A stretch of DNA of 64,000 nucleotides from Mobula hypostoma (taxonomy: Eukaryota): contig NC_086109.1 of assembly GCF_963921235.1 (NCBI RefSeq), positions 8,000,001-8,064,000 on the forward strand, written 5' to 3'. The notes beneath the pieces are model-generated. The model was not told the DNA's origin and made no database searches. It saw only the letters and a program-made list of their open reading frames with translations. Position 1 is the first letter of the stretch; each line of letters opens with the position of its first letter. This document shows, piece after piece, positions 1 through 9,910 of this stretch. Made by a program: the position numbers and the translations under genes.

Positions 1-116
1 TGTGGGTTCCAAGGCCAACCTGGGATCCACAGGTGTTTGATGGGATGGGTGGAAGATGGTGGGCTCCACCATTCTCTTAGGGTTTTTGAAATCAGCAGGA
101 CCATCTCAGATCCCAA

Positions 117-352
117 GGGCAGCACGGTAGCACAGCAGTTAGTGTAACGCTATTCATCACCAGCAACCCGAGTTCAATTCCTGCCGCTGTCTGTAAAGGG
201 TTTGTCTGTTCTCCCTGTGACTGTGTGGGTTTTCTCCAGGCGCTCTGATTTCTTCCCACATTCGGAAGACTTACGGGTTGGTACGTTAACAGGTCACATG
301 GGTGTAACTGGGCTGGAGGGGACCGTTACCGTGCTGTATCTCTAAATAAATT
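117..352 (+). mobile_element. tRNA-derived V-domain SINE (HE1-like)
   Basis: tRNA-like head (ggcagcacggtagcacagcagttag ... gagttcaattcc), V-type core (tgttctccctgtgactgtgtgggttttctccagg...cccaca), tail tgtatctctaaataaa; about 20 related copies in the window. Confidence 0.8.
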
Positions 353-364
353 AATGGCAAAGAA

Positions 365-1090
365 GGCGTGCTGACATCTTTACTCTCTTCGAAGGTTATG
401 GAGGTTCAGTTTGTCATCAGCTATTCTGACAAACTTCTACAAGTGTACTGCTGAAAGTATCCTGACTGACTGCACCGTGGTGTGGTATGACAATGTGAAT
501 GTACAGGGACGTAAGAAGCTGCAGAGAGCTGGACTCTGCCCAGTACACCCCAGGCACATCCCTCCCCGCCATCAGCGGTATCTACAGGAGGCGCTGCCAC
601 AGGAAAACAGCACCACCATCCAAGGCCATGCCAGCTTCCCACAGCTGCCGTCAGGCAGGAGGTACAGAAGCCTGAAGTTCCACACCACCATGTTCAGGAA
701 CAGTTACTTCCCTTCAACCATTTAGTTCTTGAACCAACCAGCATAACCCTAACCACAACCTCAGTATAGCAACACTATGGCTTATATCCCTTACTTTCCA
801 GTCCAGGTGAAGGGTCTCGTTGCAAATTGTCAACTGTTTATTCCTCTCCATAGATGAGGACTGATCTGTTGAGTTCCTCCAGCATTTTATGTGTGTTGCT
901 CAGACTACTTTGCACTAATAAATTCTAATTATGTTCTTTCATGTATAATCTTGTATAATTAGTGTTTAAGTTATGATTTACTTGTGAGTGCTGTTTATCT
1001 GACTCTCTGTGTCCGTGATGCTGCTGCAGTCAAGTTTTTCATTGCACCTGAGCACACGTGAACTTGTGTCGATGACAATGAAATCAACTT
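365..1090 (+). mobile_element. Rex1/Babar-type LINE 3' fragment (decayed ORF C-terminus plus 3' UTR)
   Basis: ORF 411-725 reads FYKCTAESILT...LPSGRRYRSLKFHTTMFRNSYFPSTI, the typical Rex1/Babar C-terminus; interrupted by a PLE-like piece at ~797-903. Confidence 0.75.
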
Positions 1091-1315
1091 TCTTTTCAAC
1101 TTTCTGATCGCCCACTGTGAACTTGTTCATTATTGTCACTAGTACTGAGATACAGTGAAAAACTTTCTCTTGTCATGCCATCCAGACAGATCATTTCATC
1201 ACATCTTGCAAGGGAAAAGCAAAAACAGAATGCAGAATAATGTGTTACAGTCACAGGAAGGTGCACGGCAGGCAAACAGTGAGAAGCTATAACAAGGTAG
1301 ATTATAAGGTGAAGA

Positions 1316-1530
1316 CGCAAACACGAGGAAATCTGCAGATGCTGGAATTTCAAGCAACACACATCAAAGTTGCCGGTGAACGCAGCGGGCCAGGCAGCAT
1401 CTCAAATCTCTTACTAGCACTTCTTTCAGTTAGTCCTGACGAAGGGTCTCGGCCCGAAACGTCGACTGTACCTCTTCCTAGAGATGCTGCCTGACCTGCT
1501 GCGTTCACCAGCAACTTTTATGTGTGTTGC
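1316..1530 (+). mobile_element. Fold-back Penelope-like (pLTR-derived) insertion with 14-bp TSD
   Basis: Inverted arms ~1352-1403 and ~1482-1530; TSD ttataaggtgaaga at 1302-1315 and 1531-1544. Confidence 0.8.
1431..1468 (+). ncRNA. Minimal type I hammerhead ribozyme motif (PLE type)
   Basis: tagtc-CTGACGA-a-gggt-ctcg-gccc-GAAA-c-GTC-gactg: helix I agtc/gact, helix II gggt/gccc, intact core, palindromic ACGT in place of helix III; predicted cleavage after C1463. Confidence 0.7.
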
Positions 1531-2174
1531 TTATAAGGTGAAGAGCCCACTTTATCATTCAATAGTCTTATAATATGGAGGTCGAAGGGAGTAGGTGGTG
1601 TAAATGGCTCAGCATGGACTAGATGGGCCGAAGGGCCTGTTTCTGTGCTGTACTTTTCTATGACTCTATAATAGTGCGATTATGTTACCTTTGTACCAGG
1701 TGTTGTGTGTTTTCAACTCTGAGTATCTTTTACCCGATGGAAGGTGGGAGAAGAGGCGATGATCCAGGTGGGAAACTCAGGGGTTCCCAGGAGTCAGTGA
1801 AGATGTTATACTTTTCAAGGAAGCTTTGAGAATATGCTTGAAATATTTTCTCTCTCCTCCTGGAAATATGTTAACTAAACAGGAAAATAGAAGAAGATTT
1901 ATCAAAGAACTTAGAACATAGAACAGTAGTTCCCAGATTTAAGTTTATTTGTCACTTGTACATTGAAACATAGAGTAAAATGCATTACTTGTATTACCAA
2001 CACACAGCCCATAACATTGTAGTGATATAAGAAAGCAACATTTCTCCAGAAGGAAGTACAGACAACAGCAGTAAGCTGAAACAAATTGAAGTACTGGAAG
2101 GTAGAAGATGTCAGACCTTAAGGGGATTTTAAAGCAGATGAATTATAAAAGGAAAGTTAAGGATGCAGGTTCAA

Positions 2175-2670
2175 TACAGATGTACTGTGGAGAGCATTCT
2201 AACTGGCTGGTATTGGAGAGGGTGCGCCGGATCGAAATGAGCTGCAGAGAGTTGTAAACTTAGTCAGCTCCACCATGGGCACCAGTGCCTGTAGTATCCA
2301 GGATATCTTCAAGGAGCGGTCCTCGAGAAGGTGGCACCCAGCATTAAGGACCCCATCACCCAGGTCATGCCCTGTTCCCATTGCTACCATCAGGGAGGAG
2401 GTACAGAAGCCCGAAGGCACACACTCAATGATTCAGAAATACCTTCTTCCCCTCTGCCATCAGATTTCTGAATGGACATTGAACCCATGAACACTACCTC
2501 ACTACATCTTTATTTCAATTTTTGCACTACCTATTTAACTATTTAATACGTATATATTTACTGTAACTTCACATTTCTTTTCTATTATCATGTATTGCAT
2601 TGTACTGCTGCCGCAAAGTTAACACATTTCACAATGTATGCGGGTGACATTAAACCTGATTCTGATTCTG
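2175..2670 (+). mobile_element. Rex1/Babar-type LINE 3' fragment
   Basis: tgtactgtggagagcattctaac ... ccatcagggaggaggtacagaagcc ..., ending in a (ctgatt)n tail. Confidence 0.75.
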
Positions 2671-3488
2671 ACTTGCTAGGACTGGCATGTCCCTCTCTCA
2701 CCGAGCTATGAGACCCGCTGGCTGCTCTCAGCCAGGATGAACCCGTGGCCTCTACCACACTATTCTCTATTTCTCATTATTTATTTGTGTTATATTTCTT
2801 ATTGTAACTGATAACAATTTTTATGACTTGCCCTGTACTGCTGCCGCAAAACAACAAACTTCACGATTCTGATTCTGAGGAGAAGTTTGGACAGGTACGT
2901 GGATGAGAGAAGCATGGGGGACTATGGTCTGGGTGCAGGTAATGGGACGAAGCTGGCATGGTGTAGATGGGCTGAAGGGCCTGTTTCTGCACTGCAGTGC
3001 TCTATAACTCTATAACGTGTGTATCAGGGAATGGGAGCTTATATAATTAGCTAGTTATCCTGATAACCGATGCTTCTGAAAACAGTATGATTCATCTCCA
3101 TGGCGCAGTTTAGAATCACATGAGAGGTCATGAGGGTAGAGTTGACAATTTCTTCCCTGTGGGTCATTGTTGAACGAGTTGAGGTTCTATAAAAACCTCA
3201 GCTCTTCTGTTGTCAGTCATTATAAATCCATTTTGTAACTGGACTTGCTGGACCGTTAATGTTGGCACTACACAATAAACAGCACAGGCTGTTCCACCCT
3301 CTGGTTATTGTTCATCTTTGTACTTCGCGCTGAGGACAGCTGATAAAATGGTGAGGTGCTCCGGCTTAGTCGATAGCAGGAGTCTGTTCCTCTTTGCTGA
3401 AGGGGTCAAGGACTATAGATCACGGGGTATAAAACAATAGAGAAGAGAATTAAGAGTGGTGTAAGGACAAACCTCCGTGTGGTGGGTG

Positions 3489-3829
3489 CAATGCTCCCTG
3501 CACACGGGAACATGCGCACACGTCTTTTGCTACTAACGCACAAAGGAACTTAAACTGCACACAAAAGGTTGTCACCCTCTACCTCGTTGGCATGTTACGT
3601 ATATTTCACGATCACACACAATCACATTTCTTTTTTCTGGTTTCTAGGTGCGGACGGCATTGACAACGTGGAGTTTGCAATGATTAGTCTGGAGATTCCA
3701 GAACCGGCTTACTTATACAGTTCTTATTGAAGAGATTATTCAGTGCGCATGTTATTGTCATTTGGGCAAAGAATTGCACAGCACAAGATAGTTGCGCACT
3801 CTGGCCTTTACAAATTAGAGGGGACATTG
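3489..3829. mobile_element. Non-autonomous hAT-type DNA transposon (MITE)
   Basis: Imperfect TIRs caatgctccct / aggggacattg; 8-bp TSD ggtgggtg (3481-3488) and ggtgtgtg (3830-3837). Confidence 0.7.
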
Positions 3830-4049
3830 GGTGTGTGGTTAGACTCTAGATCTGCTGTCTACAGTTGGTGTCGGGTGAAGAGGTGGAGGGTAGCGTAGGC
3901 AGTGTGGCACAATTACATCACCAGTGACCCGTGACCAGTCCAGCCGCTGTCTGTAAGGAGTTTGGATGTTCCTCCTGTGACTGTGTGGGGTTCCTCTGGG
4001 AGTTCCCGTATCGGAGTCGGGTTTATGTGGTGGAGGGGGTGGGGGGGGG

Positions 4050-4285
4050 GCCACAGTAGAGTAGCGGTTAGTGTAACGCTATTACAGTGCCAGTAACCAG
4101 GGTTCAATGCCTGTCACTGCCTGTAAGGAGTTTGTATGTGACTGCATGGGTTTCCTCCGGGTGTTCTGGTTTCCTCCCACAGTCCAAAGACGTGTGGGTT
4201 AGTGGGTCACGTGGGCATGATTGGGCAGCCTGGGCTCTTTGGACCAGAAGGGGCCTGTTACTGTGCTGGATCTCTAAGTAAATAG
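4050..4285 (+). mobile_element. V-domain tRNA SINE (preceded by a partial copy at ~3889-4010)
   Basis: Same head, core and tail as 117-352. Confidence 0.75.
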
Positions 4286-4555
4286 TAAAGATGCAGAGGC
4301 AGAATCTACTCTGGTCTTCAAGAGGGAATTAGTCAAATTGAGTTTCACAGGGCCGCCGAAAGAGTGAGAGCCGAGGAATGGAACTACAGAGGTACAAGAG
4401 ACTGCAGGTGCTGGAAATCTGGAACAACACACGATGAGGGGTTACATTCTCAGAATATGCAGTAGACCACTTCGGACTGAGATAAGGAGAAATTTCTTCA
4501 ACAGAGGAAGGATATAAAGATTAGCTTTATTTGTCACGTGTGCATCAATGAATGG

Positions 4556-4945
4556 GGGGGTGGAGTTACTTCTCTACCAAAGGAGGTGAAGGTGCTCCTT
4601 CCCTCCGCTAGCCTGCAGGTCACCCTTGGGCAAGGTGTAGCACCTGCTTAGCCCCCGATCAGGGTCATAGAAAGCCATGGGATCAGGTGGTGGATGGTCG
4701 TATGAGCGGCTGGTGCGTATCACAAGTCCTGGTTATATGGCCACTGACACCAGGCAGACAATCTCTAAATTGATAATGGTCGGGGTCACCTGTCTTGTAA
4801 AGTCACTGCCCAGAAGAAGGCAATGGCAAACCACTTCTGTCGAAAAATTTGCCGAGAACAGTCCTAGACCATCGATCACCTCCATCCTACGACACGGCAC
4901 ATGATGATGATGTCATACGACAAGGCACATGATGATGATGATGAT
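4556..4945 (+). mobile_element. RTE-related non-autonomous retroposon, family copy 1
   Basis: Similar copies at ~18750-19185 (-), ~30300-30665 (+), ~63228-63742 (+); carries gaagaaggcaatggcaaaccacttc (BovA/RTE-like motif) and a (GAT)n tail. Confidence 0.65.
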
Positions 4946-4949
4946 GGTG

Positions 4950-5250
4950 CACATCTAAACACATAGTGAAATGCATCATTTGAGTCAAATCAATTCAGCG
5001 AGGGTTGTGTTGGGGGCAGACTGCAGCTGTTGCCATGCTTCTGGTGCCAACGTAGCATGCCCACAACTTACTAACCCTGACCCCCTAAGTCTCTTGGAAC
5101 GTGGGAGGAAACCGGAGCACCCGGAGGAAACCCGCATGTTCTCGTGGAGACCGCACAAACTCCTTACAGGAGACGGAGGGAGTTGAACCCTGATCTTACA
5201 GCAGGGGCTGTGAGGCGATGCGCTAACCGCGATGCTACCGTGCCACCCTT
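4950..5250 (-). mobile_element. V-domain tRNA SINE with alternative tail
   Basis: Reverse-complement V core (gtgggaggaaaccggagcacccggaggaaaccc); tail continues at 4519-4550 on the far side of the RTE-type insertion. Confidence 0.7.
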
Positions 5251-5374
5251 TGTATGGCAGGAACGGCTGTCAGTCCATTCAAAAGGGGATACCGAGGTGG
5301 AAGTGCCCGGAGATGGAGCCCAGCAAAAAGACCTGCCACGAATGGAGCAGCAGGCTTATGAGATCACAAGATGT

Positions 5375-5700
5375 ACTGTAGGAGCAGAATTAGTCCATTC
5401 TTCCCGTTCAGTCTGTTCCACCATTCCACCATGGCTGATTTATTATCCCTCTCAACCTTATTCTCTTGCCTTCTCCCCATAACCTTTGATACCCTCACTA
5501 ACCATGAACCTACAAAGCATATCCAATGACTTGGCCTCCACATCCGTCTGTGGCAATGATTTCCACAGATTCGCCAGCATCCGGCTAAAGAAATTCTCCT
5601 CAATTCTGTTCTAAAGGGATGCTCCTGAATTCTTGAGGCCGTGCCCTTTGGTCTTTGACTCACCAATGGAAGCTTCTCCTCCACATCCCCTCTAGGTGCA
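5375..5700 (-). mobile_element. CR1 LINE 3' fragment
   Basis: ORF 5364-5708 (-) includes HPFRTELRR; CR1 3' UTR. Confidence 0.75.
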
Positions 5701-6067
5701 AGATTCAAGATTCATTTCCGGCACACAAGTGTAAAGGGGAACAAAATTATTGCTACTCTGGATCTGATGCAGTAAAAAAAAACACAATATGTTAAAGACC
5801 ACCATAACAAAGAAACATGATAAACATAAATATATAAGATAGCTTATATACGTTGATTGATTGTATGTCCATAAGGTGAGACGAGGTAGAGGAGTGTCTG
5901 TACATAATATGACTTCCAGGAAATGATGGTTGGGGGTGTGGAGGGGGGTGAGTTAGTGGGTGGAGGTGTTGTTCAGCCTTACTGCTTGGGGAAAGTAACT
6001 GTTTTTGAGTCTGGTGGCCCTGGCGTGGATGCTACGTAGCGTCCTCCCTGATGGGAGTAGGACAAAC

Positions 6068-6413
6068 CTTCTTCCACCTGACTAGATTTTCCATCTCACT
6101 TGTCACCCACGGTTCCTTCACCCTACCATTCTTAATCTTCCTCACCGGGACAAATTTATCCCTAACGTCCTGCAAGAGATCTCTAAACATCGACCACATG
6201 CCCATAGGACATTTCCCTGCAAAACACATCATCCCAATTCACACCCACAAGTTCTAGCCTTATAGCCTCATAATTTGCCCTTCCCCAATTAAAAATTTTC
6301 CTGTCCTCTCTGATTCTATCCTTTTCCATGATAATGCTGAAGGCCAGGGAGCGGTGGCACAACAATGTGGGCTGAAGGGCCTGTACTGTGCTGTACTATT
6401 CCATGTTCTATGT
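6068..6413. mobile_element. CR1 insertion with inverted internal ORF2 segment joined to a sense 3' tail
   Basis: 6068-6357 (-) encodes HRSLAFSIIMEKDR...FNWGRANYEAIR; 6358-6413 (+) is a CR1 terminal tail; sits inside a Rex-type fragment. Confidence 0.65.
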
Positions 6414-6764
6414 AAACAGCCCATGTGCAGGGTGGGTGGGATCTTCTGGACTTTCAATATTCAATAGGTTTTAATAAGACCCTCCCTCCCCCCACACTAT
6501 TCTTCAATTTGCTGAAGTGACCAAATGGCAGCCTCCTGATGCTATTCCTTACATACTTCTTTCTTTCCACAGTCCCAGAGTCCAATAACTTGGAATTACA
6601 TCTTCCTTCCAGTATAATGGTGACAAATCCTTCTGTATCTTCCCCATTGTCTCATCCCAAGGAAAGCAGAGCTAGACGCCTCATTCTAAATGTGTTGCAG
6701 CCAATCTTCTATACACATTTAACCTCACCTTCTTGCTTCCGTACTGCACTGCCCAAGAGTTGAT

Positions 6765-6900
6765 AAACACAAGAGATTCTGCTGATGCAGGAAATCCAGA
6801 GCAACACACATGAAATACAGGAGGAACTCAGCAGGTCAGGCAGCATCTATGTAGGGGAATAAACAGTTGATGTTTCAGACTGAGACTCTTCATCAGGCAT
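6765..6900 (-). mobile_element. PLE pLTR fragment with degenerate hammerhead motif
   Basis: Minus strand CTGATGA-agagtctcagtct-GAAA-catc; helix I not retained. Confidence 0.65.
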
Positions 6901-7129
6901 CACTACTGAGAAATTGGTATATTTGATATATTTAGTGTCAGAGAAATGTATACAATATATATCCTGAAATTCTTTTTCTTTGCAAACATCCACGAAAACA
7001 GAGGAGTGCCCCAAAGAATGAATGACAGTCAAATGTTACAACCCCCCACCTCACGTATAAGCAGCCGCGAAGTATTTTTAAGGCAATTTCGGCATTGCTA
7101 GGACATTTATAAGGGAATCCTATACTGGA

Positions 7130-7500
7130 CATATAAGATTATTTAGGGATCAGACACGCTAGAGTCAGGATACATGTTCCCGATGTTGGGGGAGTCAAGA
7201 ACCAGAGGCCACAGTTTAAGAATAAGGGGTAGGTCATTTAGAACGGAGCTGAGGAAGAATTTTTTCACCCAGAGAGTTGTGGATCTGTGGAATGCTCTGC
7301 CTCAGAGGGCAGTGGAGGCCAATTCTCTGGATGCTTTCAAGAAAGAGTTAGATAGAGCTCTTAAAGATAGCGGAGACAAGGGATATGGGGAGAGGGCAGG
7401 AACTGGATACTGTTTGCGGATGATCAGCCATGATCACAGTGAATGGCGGTGCTGGCTCGAAGGGCCAAATAGCCTACTCCTGTAACTATTGTCTATTGAC
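7130..7500 (+). mobile_element. CR1 LINE 3' end
   Basis: ORF 7174-7485: ESRTRGHSLRIRGRSFRTELRKNFFTQRVVDLWNALP. Confidence 0.85.
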
Positions 7501-7712
7501 TATTAGATTTATGGGACTGGAACAAAAGCTGGGAATGTTGAATCCCCTCATGCAGCTTCCATGGAGAGAGGAACAGAGTGGCTTTTTCCACACTGCTAGT
7601 TTCAGGAACAGCCTCCTTCACCACCCGCACAGCGGCGATCCTATTCCAGCAATGGAACACTACGGGCCACCGTTTGCGCTACCACAGACCCGTTTCGAAT
7701 TCTGCATTTGCG

Positions 7713-8220
7713 GTACGGCCTTCACAGCAGCGTTAGCGGCTAACGCCACGCTATTACAGCTCTAGCAACACACATCAAATTTGCTGGTGAACGCAGCAGG
7801 CCAGGCAGCATCTCTAGAAAGAGGTACAGTCGACGTTTCGGGCCGAGACCCTTTGTCAACTGTACCTCTTCCTAGAGATGCTGCCTGGCCTGCTGCGTTC
7901 ACCAGCAAATTCGATATGTGTTGCTTGAATTTCCAGTGTCCGCAGAATTCCTCGCGTTTATGCTACTACAGCTCGCAGTGTTATGGAGTTCGGAGCTAAA
8001 TCCCAGCACTGTTCTTGTAAGGACTCCGTACGTCCTCCCCTTGGAACGCCTGGGCTTTCCCCGGGTGCTCCAGTTTCCTCCCACAGTCCAAAGACGCACT
8101 GGGTAGGTTCATTGGTCATTGTAAATTGTCCCGTGATTAGGTTAGGGTTAACCGGGTCTGACGGTGGTTTCTGGGGTGGCGTGGACTGTATTGCACCATA
8201 TTGCTAAATAAATAAATAAA
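7713..8220 (+). mobile_element. V-domain tRNA SINE interrupted by a fold-back PLE
   Basis: SINE head 7713-7762 resumes at 7975; V core 8030-8095; (aaat)n tail. Confidence 0.7.
7763..7959 (-). mobile_element. Fold-back Penelope-like insertion with ~15-bp TSD
   Basis: Inverted arms ~7765-7833 and ~7854-7924; TSD acgctattacagctc (7748-7762) and atgctactacagctc (7960-7974). Confidence 0.8.
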
Positions 8221-8779
8221 TGAACAAACCTGGCTTTGTTCAGTCTTGTTCTTCACTCCCTTGTATAATTTATGTACTGTTTATGTATAATTTATGCTCA
8301 GTGTGCCGTTGGAATCTGTGTGCTTGTGATACTGCTGCAAGTTGATCTTTTGTTGTGCTTGCACCTCCGTACACGGCAAACGCAATGTGAAGGCTGCGGA
8401 CGCCTGGTATTATTTCAGCTATTGTGCATCTTAAAAGCTTTTAGTTTTTATTTATTTATTTCAGTTTTTATTTGACTTATATGTTTCTGCATCTGCAAAA
8501 TATCTTACTCCAATTTAAAAAGGAAGTATGCTGGGGATACTCAGCAGGTCAGGCAGCATCTATGGAGAGAGGAATAGACAACCTTCCAGGGCAACGACTT
8601 TAAATTAAACATTTTCCTATTGAAGGATAGGAATTTAAGACCTATAATTTAATTAGTGAGTATAAAAAACCAACAATCCTTTTCACTCTCCAGCGATAGC
8701 CTCCGACCCAAGTGTCTGGGTTTGACAAGGTTAAACTTAGACTTCTCCAACACGCGTCCCAAGATTTTAACTTGTCTTG

Positions 8780-9600
8780 GTATCGCAAGGCGTGCCGGAG
8801 GCTGTAGTTTACGGTGTGGCTCTGCGCTATCCAGTTACGCAGGAGAACGACGTAAGCAAACTACAACTCCCAGCCACCCGCACGCAGGGCGCATGCTCAG
8901 TCTCCCCTGCGCTTGTGCTAATCCTCTTTTCTGCTTCAACCCAACTTGATGCCGGCCCCGGCGGACAGGCTGATCTTTATTGGCTGCTTGCGTCAAGAGG
9001 GCCGCTGTTTTGAGTTCTCATTCGCCAGCCCGCACGTCAATCCACCGCTCCGCTCGCTCTCCCACCTTTGGAGTTGTGTGTGGGGGCAGAGGTAAAACAA
9101 CCAAAGGCCGGGAGCGGGCAGATAGTCGGAGCTTTGCAACTGGAACGGGGAAGCCGGTGCGGGGAAGACGTCGGAGGGGAGGGAAAGCGGAGGTAAAGTT
9201 GACCAATGGGGAGGAAAGGGGGCGGGGTAGCAGGGTTGGTTGCACGGGCAGGGCTCCGGCTGCGCTGACTTGCGGCGGTCGGTCGGTCGGTCGGTCGGTC
9301 GGTCGGGCGGGCGGCGGAGAGAGGGGACGCGGGGCTGACCGGGAGCCTTCGGACACCCGCTGGACACTCGCTCAGACACCCTCCCCACCCCCTCCCGTCC
9401 CACCACCGAAACCCCCCCCCCGCCTCCCCCCCAAGCCCTGGTGGGGCAGGAGCCGGGACTCGAACCATCTATCCGCTACTCCCCGAACCCCGGTGGGGGA
9501 AGGAGCCGGGGCTCGAACCATCCACACACCCCCACCACCTCTCCTCCGCCTCACCTTCCTCGGACTAATCTGACAGACCGCGGGCTCTCTGCAACCCTGC
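8780..9600 (+). promoter_or_regulatory. CpG-island RNA polymerase II promoter of an unidentified + strand gene
   Basis: Only long CpG-rich, TE-free stretch; ACTACAACTCCCAGC (8860-8874), inverted ACTACA-type site (~8793-8810), NRF1-like GCGCATGCTC (8889-8898), ATTGG (8979-8983), CCAAT (9203-9207), GC box (9218-9227). Confidence 0.85.
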
Positions 9601-9910
9601 TCTAATTCCGGATTTCTCCAAGCAAGCTGCCTCCCAGCATTAGCCCATATCTTTTATTGCCTGAAAAAAATATTGGGGAGGTTTTTGTCTTTTGGGTGGG
9701 GATTTTTTTTTCAAAAAAAAGCAATCTAGTGTGCTTTACCCCCCTCCTCTGTTGCAAGGAATCTCAAGGCATGCGAGTGAAGAGGCAGTCATTATAATAC
9801 AAAATATCCGTGGCAGAGGAGCCAGAAGTTGTCAGCGAAGGAAAAAAAAATTTAAAAAGAAGTGGTTGGGGGAGAAAGAGAAGAAGAGGCGACCCGGATC
9901 GTTTGGGGGG
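9260..9910 (+). other. Putative non-coding first exon (5' UTR); start approximate, 3' end at splice donor
   Basis: Downstream of CCAAT/GC boxes; GG|GTAAGT donor at 9910/9911; only one ATG (8-codon uORF 9771-9797). Confidence 0.6.
9276..9306 (+). repeat. (CGGT)7 microsatellite near the predicted TSS
   Basis: Seven cggt units plus cgg, read directly. Confidence 0.95.

Noticed and set aside
8980..9573. 197-aa ORF and overlapping antisense ORFs in the CpG island
   Set aside because: Non-ATG start and low-complexity G/R/P content; long open frames are expected in GC-rich, stop-poor sequence
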